Source: Candidatus Poribacteria bacterium (GTDB taxonomy: Bacteria > Poribacteria > WGA-4E > UBA9662). Taken from it: a stretch of 64,000 nt of DNA. Made by a program: the position numbers and the translations under genes. Of the stretch, positions 56,473 through 64,000 are shown in pieces (position 1 is the first letter of the stretch; every line of letters begins with the position of its first letter). The notes below the pieces were generated by a model. The model did no database searches and was not told the DNA's origin. It was given only the letters and a program-made list of their open reading frames with translations. The DNA lies in NCBI GenBank assembly GCA_036339735.1, contig JAYZAL010000100.1, positions 35,419 through 99,418 on the forward strand, written 5' to 3'.

Positions 56473-57207
56473 CTAGTTAGAGTTGAGCCGCTTTATGGTA
56501 GCCCAGGTAGTAGCCAATTTACGTTTTATGCTAATTTGTTGCGCTTTACCTGGTCCACCGTTAGGGATTTTTTCACCAGTTATAGCTACATCATCAAATT
56601 GAACACGTGCGTTTGAAACCACTAATCCAGCCTGACCCGATTTAAGTGGCTCAGTGTCTTGGGCGGCTCCGACAATCTCTCCGTTGATTTTGAATTCCAG
56701 CAAATTTTCTTTAACTGTTGCTTTTATGTCATACCAAATATCTTCTTCGGCAACAAAAGGGAAAGGGACTGGTGCACCACCTTCGGGAGTGGATTTGACA
56801 ATTGCGACCATCCCATTAAAATAGACAAAGAATAAGTAACGAGTATTTTTTTGTCCGCTGTCGTATAAAGTCAAGCCCAAATATGGATCAGCGTTGTTTT
56901 TCTGCTTGATTAACTTCGCACGGCAAGAAAGTGAGTAATTATTCCAATCCTCGTTTCCCGTCAGCCAAAGGCTCATAAAACCATCCATAAAAATTTCACC
57001 AATAGCAGTTCCTCTTTCAATCCACCATTTTTCGACAGCTCGGTCTTCATTGTAGATTTTCCACTCATTGGTTCTTTTATCTTCAAAATCATCTCGCCAA
57101 ACTCCTGCTTCAGCTTGAAATAGACTAAAACCGATTGCCAAAATTGAAATAATAGATATTTTTCTCATAAAATGATTCAAACTATATTGCACTATATCGT
57201 TCTTCAT
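56473..57207 (-). CDS. Secreted jelly-roll (DUF1080/LamG-like) protein with C-terminal KLATTW motif
   Basis: Signal peptide, 'WRDDFED', 'W.NYS', 'WYDIK', 'G.AGL...VQFDDV', tail 'KRKLATTWATIKR'. Confidence 0.65.
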   Translation of the reverse strand: MKNDIVQYSLNHFMRKISIISILAIGFSLFQAEAGVWRDDFEDKRTNEWKIYNEDRAVEKWWIERGTAIGEIFMDGFMSLWLTGNEDWNNYSLSCRAKLIKQKNNADPYLGLTLYDSGQKNTRYLFFVYFNGMVAIVKSTPEGGAPVPFPFVAEEDIWYDIKATVKENLLEFKINGEIVGAAQDTEPLKSGQAGLVVSNARVQFDDVAITGEKIPNGGPGKAQQISIKRKLATTWATIKRLNSN

Positions 57208-57228
57208 AAAATAGATTCTTGCATCTTC

Positions 57229-57912
57229 TTAAACAAAAGCAAAAACACGAGTTGGTGCGCCAGAACTCCGAGACAGCTTAAGTGGAGCAATAGTGACGAA
57301 AAAAGTTTGTGGTAGTTGATTTAGGTTTCTGAGGTCTTCAATTTGAGGAATCCCCGCACCCAAAAATACAAGATGGGCTGGCGGTAGAACCTCTGGCGCC
57401 AATTCATGGCCAGCAGGAGAATCAATACTGCATGCATCCGTACCAATAGTCTTAATACCTTTTTCTGTTAAAAAGCTCGCGCCATCTTGGCTAAATCCAA
57501 TCCATTTTCTGTTAAAAATATCCTGATTGACTCTTTCATCCATACCTGTCCGAAGAAAAACAATATCGTTAGTCTTAATCTCTATATTGTTTTGTTCCCA
57601 TTTTTGAAGATCTTCTGCAGTTACTGCATCCCCTGGCTTCTTGTTTTCGGACAAATCAATTAAAATAGAGCCACCAAAAAGCTTATCGATAGGTATATCT
57701 GCCACAGTAAACCCATTTTCGTACATCAGACAAGGTGCATCGATGTGAGTAGAGCAATGACCTGACAAGTCGACTCTGCTTTCGAAGTATCCATCTTTCT
57801 CAAGAGTAGCTGTATGATATATATTGACTGGGTCGATTGGTAACTCTCGTGGACTGTTTTCGTCTACGTTGTACGATAGGTCAATGATCTTATCAAAACT
57901 TATCTTCTGCAT
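57229..57912 (-). CDS. Cyclase-family metal-dependent hydrolase (KynB-like)
   Basis: 'IIDLS', 'HCSTHIDAP', 'RTG', 'GTD..SID', 'H..FL...I..IE.L.NL', 'APLK...SGAPTRVFA'. Confidence 0.85.
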   Translation of the reverse strand: MQKISFDKIIDLSYNVDENSPRELPIDPVNIYHTATLEKDGYFESRVDLSGHCSTHIDAPCLMYENGFTVADIPIDKLFGGSILIDLSENKKPGDAVTAEDLQKWEQNNIEIKTNDIVFLRTGMDERVNQDIFNRKWIGFSQDGASFLTEKGIKTIGTDACSIDSPAGHELAPEVLPPAHLVFLGAGIPQIEDLRNLNQLPQTFFVTIAPLKLSRSSGAPTRVFAFV

Positions 57913-57957
57913 TAGTTATTCCTATTACCCTATTTAAAAAGTTTTGGTTGGTGTAGG

Positions 57958-59343
57958 CTAATTTCCTATTTGGTAAGTCTCCAGTTTTCGGTATAACGTC
58001 CGAACCCCAATACCTAATAAATCAGCAGCTTGATCTCTATTACCATTGGTTTTTTGTAAGGCTCGGATAATGGCTTCTTTTTCTAGTTCTTTCATAGTCA
58101 TTCCAACATGACCAAAAAAATTCCCTGTTTTTGATTCAGTAATTGACTCATTCATCAACGGCGAATTAGTAGACTGGAAGAAATCTGTCGATAGATCTGC
58201 CAGTGTAATAGTTTCAGATGTAGCTAAAATGACAGCAGTCTCCATGACATTTCTTAGTTCTCGTACGTTACCAGACCATTCCTGTTGCATCAGGTAATCT
58301 AGGGCCTGAGCCTCAATCTTCGTGGCAATTTTTTTATGGCGTCGCGACATCTGCTCCATAAAGTGATTAACCAACAAAGGAATATCTTCAACTCGCTCAC
58401 GTAATGGTGGCACACGCAGACGAAAGACATTAATCCGATGAAACAGATCAGCCCGAAACTCATTGTTTTTAACTGCTTCTTCTAAATTTTTATTCGTGGC
58501 TGCGAGTACACGTACGTCAACTTTAACAGTTTGACTACTGCCTATACGGTTGAATTCCCCTTCCTCTAAAACTCGCAGTAGGCGAACCTGTGCTTCCAAA
58601 GCCATTTCACCGATTTCATCTAAGAACAGTGTGCCTCCATCAGCTTGTTCAAAAATGCCAGTTTTTCTCGCAGTAGCTCCAGTAAATGCCCCCCTTTCGT
58701 GGCCGAACAATTCACTTTCTAGGAGTGTTTGCGTGATGGCGCCGCAGTTAACGGGTTTAAACTGTTTGTCGTTCCTTTGACTATGGTTGTGGATTGCTTG
58801 AGCAATGTACTCTTTGCCAACACCATTTTCACCTGTGATTAAAACTATAGCATCAGTGGGAGCAACACGGCGAATTAATTGAAATAGATCCGCCATCGGT
58901 TTGGAACGACCAATCATATTCGCAAAACCAAACTTCTCGTCCAACTGCTGACGAAGATTGACATTTTGCAAAAGTAGCGCTTGTCGTTCTAACGCACTTG
59001 TTACTGTTGCACGAAGTACTTTCAGATCAATTGGTTTTTGTAAGAAATTGAACGCTCCTGCATTCATGGCTTCAATCGCACTATCGACTGTACCGTAACC
59101 AGTTAAAATAACTACTTGAGTATGTGGATGTTGACGAGTGATATATTTTAGTAGTGTAATACCATCCATGTCGGGCATTTGTAAATCTGTAATAACTAGG
59201 TTTATCCGTTCTTGTTCTAGAATTTTTGTTGCTGATTGCCCACCGTTGGCTACAAACAGTTGATATTCTTCACGCTCTAAAACCTCTGTTATAACACTCA
59301 CACTCGAATGATCATCATCAACTACTAAAATTGGGGCTTTCAT
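57958..59343 (-). CDS. Sigma54-dependent response regulator (NtrC/AtoC/ZraR family)
   Basis: Receiver 'LVVDDD...TDLQMP...KP'; AAA 'GENGVGKE', 'ESELFGHERGAFTGA', 'LFLDEIGE'; Fis-type HTH. Confidence 0.95.
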   Translation of the reverse strand: MKAPILVVDDDHSSVSVITEVLEREEYQLFVANGGQSATKILEQERINLVITDLQMPDMDGITLLKYITRQHPHTQVVILTGYGTVDSAIEAMNAGAFNFLQKPIDLKVLRATVTSALERQALLLQNVNLRQQLDEKFGFANMIGRSKPMADLFQLIRRVAPTDAIVLITGENGVGKEYIAQAIHNHSQRNDKQFKPVNCGAITQTLLESELFGHERGAFTGATARKTGIFEQADGGTLFLDEIGEMALEAQVRLLRVLEEGEFNRIGSSQTVKVDVRVLAATNKNLEEAVKNNEFRADLFHRINVFRLRVPPLRERVEDIPLLVNHFMEQMSRRHKKIATKIEAQALDYLMQQEWSGNVRELRNVMETAVILATSETITLADLSTDFFQSTNSPLMNESITESKTGNFFGHVGMTMKELEKEAIIRALQKTNGNRDQAADLLGIGVRTLYRKLETYQIGN

Positions 59344-60134
59344 TAGTTAACCTCTAAATCAGTTGGAAGGTGAAGGATAACCTTTGTGCCCTGATGCTGT
59401 TGACTCTCAACTTGGACTTTCCCTCCATGCCCTTCGATAATTTCTTTTACAAGAACCAAGCCTATGCCTGTTCCATCATGTTTTGTGGAAAAAAAAAGGT
59501 CGAAAATTTTGTCTTGGTAACAAGGAGCAATCCCCACACCCGTATCCTCAATTTCGATTTGAACTTGTGCATCCAATAATTTTGCTCGAATATAGAGTTT
59601 TCCTCCTTTATCCATTGACTGATTGGCATTCAAGATTAAATTTAATATTGCTTGCTTAATTTGATCTACATCCAACGAAATGGGTGGTAAATCTTCAATC
59701 TGGCAATTGACCTCAATTCCTTGCTGGATAGTTTCAGGTGCATTAAAGTCAATAACATCTTCTATCACACGTTTTAAATCAACCACCTCAAATTGAAGGT
59801 GTGGTAGATTAGCATACCTCTGGAAACTAGATAGTAACTGCTCCAATCGTTGAATTTCGTTTTGTATTCGTTGTACTCGTTCTAGGTCATTAGTATAATC
59901 CGAAGGGACTTCGATTTCTAAATCTTCAGTTAGGAGTTGTAAATGCAATGACATACTGTTGAGTGGATTTCTAATTTCGTGTATTAGTTTCCGAATCATT
60001 GTGCCAGTTGAACGATCAACAGAACAAGATGGGGACTTACTTTTTTCACGAGATCGGCGAATCAACCAGAAACGAGTCGTTATAAATGAAATTATCGATA
60101 CGACGATTATCGAAAAAAGAAAGAACCAATTCAT
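59343..60134 (-). CDS. Histidine kinase with a single N-terminal TM and no sensor domain
   Basis: 'HEIRNPL', 'NLILNA', 'DTGVGI', 'FFSTK..GTGIGL'. Confidence 0.92.
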   Translation of the reverse strand: MNWFFLFSIIVVSIISFITTRFWLIRRSREKSKSPSCSVDRSTGTMIRKLIHEIRNPLNSMSLHLQLLTEDLEIEVPSDYTNDLERVQRIQNEIQRLEQLLSSFQRYANLPHLQFEVVDLKRVIEDVIDFNAPETIQQGIEVNCQIEDLPPISLDVDQIKQAILNLILNANQSMDKGGKLYIRAKLLDAQVQIEIEDTGVGIAPCYQDKIFDLFFSTKHDGTGIGLVLVKEIIEGHGGKVQVESQQHQGTKVILHLPTDLEVN

Positions 60135-60154
60135 AAGTTTGTTGAAACAAATTA

Positions 60155-60895
60155 TTAAGGCTTCAATAACGATAAAATATATGGTCTGTCCTGATTTATG
60201 GCTGGGTGGTTGGCCAATAATTGTTTCAAAGCAATACTAGCTTCAGATGACGTTTGGTAACCTACTAGATGAATTTCATGCCATAATTTTTTACGCTGAA
60301 TAGACTGTATGGTCACATTATGATCATGTTCACGTGTTTGAACCAGTCTTTCTTTGACTGACTTGGCTCGTTCTAGAGATAAAAACGCTCCAACAACCAA
60401 TGAATAACTCTGTGTTACGTCATTATCTTTGCTTTTATGGACTTTACTCAACTCGGTGATTTGATCAAAAAAAACAGAGGATTCTTCAACTCTTACTTTT
60501 TTTTGTATTTCTTGACTATTTATATCAACGTTATTGATTTTGCTAGTAATCTGTTTTTTTTCTATTAATCGTTCGGTTTTATGAGTATTTTGAGTAAAAA
60601 GCCAAATACTCAACTCCCCAATTATCAATAAACCGACGAGGATAAACTGTAGTTTTCGACGTACGTTTAACGGTTGTGGTTCACAGCAAACCATTTCCCA
60701 GATATTGTATCCCCACAGAAGTGGAGACACAAATAGCGCGAAGTCGGATAGTGGAAAGATATCTGTAAAAATAGCTATTAGCAAGATGGCCAATAACAAC
60801 AGGAGATCGATACCCTTGGAAAATCTTCCTCCCAAAAATTGACCAACACCGGGTATCGCAATTGCAAAAGCCCTCTTGACTGTGAACTGCATCAC
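60155..60895 (-). CDS. Membrane protein with C-terminal SPOR domain
   Basis: 'IPGVGQF..G' and about three TMs; SPOR-like 'YSLVVGAF.S.ERA....RL...WHEI.L..Y....EA....KQL'. Confidence 0.65.
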   Translation of the reverse strand: MMQFTVKRAFAIAIPGVGQFLGGRFSKGIDLLLLLAILLIAIFTDIFPLSDFALFVSPLLWGYNIWEMVCCEPQPLNVRRKLQFILVGLLIIGELSIWLFTQNTHKTERLIEKKQITSKINNVDINSQEIQKKVRVEESSVFFDQITELSKVHKSKDNDVTQSYSLVVGAFLSLERAKSVKERLVQTREHDHNVTIQSIQRKKLWHEIHLVGYQTSSEASIALKQLLANHPAINQDRPYILSLLKP

Positions 60896-61012
60896 ACCTC
60901 TTTAGTGCAAAACATACAAGACGTAAGAGACCAATCTGGAATCAATTACTCCCAAACTAACGTAACAGCAGAAAAATCAAACCCAGATAATATAGGGAAG
61001 AGATCAGTAGGC

Positions 61013-61909
61013 TTATGTGGACATTGCTCTTCTTTCGTGTAACAGATAAACAATTGGGGTTGCAATGAAAATTGAAGAATAGGTGCCAACCAGTACCCCC
61101 ACTATTAGAGCTAGTGCAAAGGTGTTAATTTCTTCTCCAGTACTGGAAAGAACAAAAATCGTTATCACTACTGCTAAGGTCGTCAATGAAGTAATAACCG
61201 TTCGGCTAAGAGACTGGTTAATACTACGGTTCAATATCTCGATAAAGGTTGACTTTTTGAGTACATCTTGATTTTCTCGAATCCGGTCGAAAACAACAAT
61301 GGTATCATTTAAAGAGTAACCGATGATTGTTAAAAAAGCAGCTACAGTGGGAAGATTAATTTCTTTCGCTAATAACGAGAATATACCGAGAGTAACTAAA
61401 ACGTCGTGAACAATAGCCACTATTGCACCTAGAGCAAAACGTAGATGAAAACGAAAAGAAATATAAATCAATAGAATAATAATAGACCACAAAACAGATA
61501 ATAGGGCCGTCCACTTCAAATCTTGCCCCACACTGGGGCCTACCTCGTTGATTTCGATGTCAGCGGCACTAATGGTGAATTTTCTCTGTAACATTTGGGC
61601 AATTTTTTGACCGCTACCCACATCTTGCTTGCCGCTGACAGCGATGGTAACACTGCCACCTTCCACTAAAATATTGGGGGTAGAATAGCCAAGCTCTTCT
61701 AATTGGCTTTTGATATTCTTTTCTTGGATTGAACTATTGGTCGGTAGTTCGGCTCTAATTTTGACGCCTCCACTAAAATCGATACCAAAATCGGGCCCTT
61801 GGCGCCAAAACAAAGAAAAAATACCTGTCAAGATGATTATTGCCGACAAGAAATAGCCAATCTTTCTTTGACTAATAAAATCAATGTTCGTATCTTGTAA
61901 AAGTTGCAA
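61013..61909 (-). CDS. secF: Protein translocase subunit SecF
   Basis: 'GIDFSGG', 'VGPSVG', 'HD', 'GYSLNDTIVVFDRIREN', 'RT..TS.TT', 'GTYSS'. Confidence 0.97.
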   Translation of the reverse strand: MQLLQDTNIDFISQRKIGYFLSAIIILTGIFSLFWRQGPDFGIDFSGGVKIRAELPTNSSIQEKNIKSQLEELGYSTPNILVEGGSVTIAVSGKQDVGSGQKIAQMLQRKFTISAADIEINEVGPSVGQDLKWTALLSVLWSIIILLIYISFRFHLRFALGAIVAIVHDVLVTLGIFSLLAKEINLPTVAAFLTIIGYSLNDTIVVFDRIRENQDVLKKSTFIEILNRSINQSLSRTVITSLTTLAVVITIFVLSSTGEEINTFALALIVGVLVGTYSSIFIATPIVYLLHERRAMST

Positions 61910-61938
61910 CCAATTTACTCCTTACTGATTGAAATAGG

Positions 61939-63912
61939 CTAGATACTCAGTTTGCTTATTTGCCGATTGCCGATAAACCAACCATACAATTCCTTAGTTA
62001 CTACAATAGCAGTGAAAAAACTAGCCAGAATACCAATGCTCAATGTTACTGCAAACCCACGAATCGGCCCTGTGCCAAAATTATATAGTACCAAGGCCAC
62101 AGCGAAGGTGGTCAGATTCGCATCCAAGATGGTCCAAAAAGCTCGGCTATAACCATTTTCAATAGCTGCCCACACGCGTCGACCATTTCGAAGTTCTTCT
62201 CGAATTCGTTCAAAAATGAGTACATTAGCGTCAACGGCCATCCCGATTGTCAAAACCAAACCTGCAATGCCTGGTAAAGTTAGTGTAGCACCAAAGCCAG
62301 CCAGACCGCCTAAGACAATCAACATATTGAAAGCTAACGCGACAATGGCAACTAAACCTGAACCGCGATAGTAGATCAACATAAACAATAGTACTAGCCC
62401 CATTCCAATCAGGCCTGCATTCATACCATTTTTAATTGATTGTTGACCCAGAGTAGGGCTTGCCGTCCGTTCCTCTGCAATCTGAACTTGTACAGGGTAA
62501 GCTCCTGACTTCAGGATGTTAGCCAAATAAGTGGCTTCATCGAAGCTAAAGCTACCAGAAATCTGTGCATTACCACTTGGAATAGGTTCATTAATACGAG
62601 GTGCGGACTGGATCTTATTATCCAGAATAATTGCCAGTAACTCACCAGTATGTTGAGTCGTTACTTCAGCGAAACTACGGGTTCCTTCAGCATCCAACTC
62701 TAATGACACAACAATATCTAGTCCAGTTTGGCCACCACGGCTCGGGTAAGCATTTCGAATTCGATCCCCCGATACCGACGCTAACTTCTCAACCACGAAC
62801 CAGCTATCATCCTCGTAATGTTGAATAACTTCTGTACCTTCTGGTAGCTCATCAGGTTTCGGTTTGTTTCCTTTGGGTAAAATCCACGGCCGACTGTTTG
62901 CCGGATTGCTTTTGACCACCTTAAATTCCAGTTGCCCCATGGTTTTCACTATGTCTAGTGATTTGGAAGAATCTTTTGCTCCAGGCAACTCAATTATGAT
63001 TCGTGGTTTGCCTTCTTCCCGTCGAATAGATGGCTCGGAAACACCAAAAGCGTCAATCCGATTACGAAGCACAGTTAATACTCGATCAATGGCTTGATCG
63101 CTATATTTTTCGGCTTCTGTAATTCCTATTTGGTAAGTGACTATTTTGCTTCCAACCGTTTCGATTTGAACTGGTTGTGTGAAAAAGTCGATCGAATTCA
63201 GAATCTCTTCAGCCTTGCTGAGGTACGCCTGCTTTTCGTCCATATTGTTTTGTATTCGGCTTGGAATCCCAACTTTGACCAAGAGTGTTTCGCCTTTCTC
63301 CTCAACAGTGCGACACAGAATCCTTGGCGTGGCTGATTTCATTTGGTTAGGAATAGATATTTTGGTCTCTTCCAGCAAGTCTTTTTTTGATTCCTCAATG
63401 TTGACTTCAAGTACCAGATATACACCGCCTCTCAAGTCTAGACCTAATTGTAATCGTTCGGCTGGCACTAGGCGGCGAACGATCTCTGGCATGCTCCCCC
63501 ACAGGTGTAGTTGACTGAGTATTCGTTGTAATTCGTTTTGGCTTTTGTCCATCAAAAAAAGGACTTTCAACCGTTCGTTAGCTTCGTCAACTTCAAATTG
63601 ATAATCGCCATTTATCCCATCACTCAAAGAAAAACCAGCTTTATCTAACCGATTCTTCAAAATTAGCTTTAATGTTTCCGTTGTGTCTACAAAGTCAGTA
63701 CCTTTAGGAAACTGAACATCTTTCAAGTTAACCTCAATAGAATTTTTTTGGATAGTTTCAAACTGAGACTGAGGTAACTTTTTCTGCATCCATAAAGGCA
63801 TGTGCCCATAAAGAGGATCAAAAAACCGATCCGGTGTTGGCAGGATATACAGCACACTAAATATGAGAACCAGCAGAATTAGAATTAGCTTTCCTGCACT
63901 AAACTGATACAT
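61939..63912 (-). CDS. secD: Protein translocase subunit SecD
   Basis: 'LGLDLRGG', 'RNRID.FGVSEP', 'IELPG', 'LTLPGIAG.VLTIGMAVDANVLIFERIREE', 'GPIRGFA'. Confidence 0.97.
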   Translation of the reverse strand: MYQFSAGKLILILLVLIFSVLYILPTPDRFFDPLYGHMPLWMQKKLPQSQFETIQKNSIEVNLKDVQFPKGTDFVDTTETLKLILKNRLDKAGFSLSDGINGDYQFEVDEANERLKVLFLMDKSQNELQRILSQLHLWGSMPEIVRRLVPAERLQLGLDLRGGVYLVLEVNIEESKKDLLEETKISIPNQMKSATPRILCRTVEEKGETLLVKVGIPSRIQNNMDEKQAYLSKAEEILNSIDFFTQPVQIETVGSKIVTYQIGITEAEKYSDQAIDRVLTVLRNRIDAFGVSEPSIRREEGKPRIIIELPGAKDSSKSLDIVKTMGQLEFKVVKSNPANSRPWILPKGNKPKPDELPEGTEVIQHYEDDSWFVVEKLASVSGDRIRNAYPSRGGQTGLDIVVSLELDAEGTRSFAEVTTQHTGELLAIILDNKIQSAPRINEPIPSGNAQISGSFSFDEATYLANILKSGAYPVQVQIAEERTASPTLGQQSIKNGMNAGLIGMGLVLLFMLIYYRGSGLVAIVALAFNMLIVLGGLAGFGATLTLPGIAGLVLTIGMAVDANVLIFERIREELRNGRRVWAAIENGYSRAFWTILDANLTTFAVALVLYNFGTGPIRGFAVTLSIGILASFFTAIVVTKELYGWFIGNRQISKLSI

Positions 63913-63934
63913 TCACCAACCTCTCCTAGAGGAT

Positions 63935-64000
63935 TACGCCTGGGAGGAATCGAACCCCCGACACGAGGCTTAGGAAGCCCCTGCTCTATCCTCTGAGCTA
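63935..64000 (-). tRNA. tRNA-Arg(CCT), 5' end beyond window
   Basis: ...TAGCTCAGAGGATAGAGCAGGGGCTTCCTAAGCCTCGTGTCGGGGGTTCGATTCCTCCCAGGCGTA; anticodon loop TTCCTAA. Confidence 0.93.

Overview
Bacterial chromosomal window of mostly housekeeping and envelope genes, AT-rich and with no obvious compositional break by eye. Protein signatures suggest Candidatus Poribacteria or a relative (inference): a dockerin pair plus 'QNYPNPFNPETWIPF' FlgD-Ig tail, a C-terminal 'KLATTW' motif, a DUF6785-like membrane protein and PorV-like barrels. It holds about 50 CDS (adk, glycerate kinase, mraY, alkA, bioA, phoH-ybeY-corC, bat-like genes, recJ, rel, rpmB, ligA, ECF sigma/anti-sigma, ABC exporter, sigma54 two-component system, secDF) and three tRNA genes (Thr-CGT, Phe-GAA, and Arg-CCT cut by the window edge). 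I saw no CRISPR array, IS element, integrase or prophage. The main find is a compact minus-strand operon at 12.7-19.6 kb. It encodes an ElbD-like four-domain enzyme (fatty acyl reductase, adenylation, carrier protein, acyltransferase), a eukaryote-like alkyl-DHAP synthase and an SDR reductase, which together match every step of the peroxisomal alkyl-ether-lipid pathway. Other leads are a tandem Hfq/Sm-like protein, a catalytically dead AccA-like protein, T9SS-like barrel/cargo pairs, RecJ with a degenerate helicase-C extension, a structured intergenic RNA candidate, and a sensor-less kinase next to a SPOR protein. All family calls come from motif recognition by eye; no searches were run.
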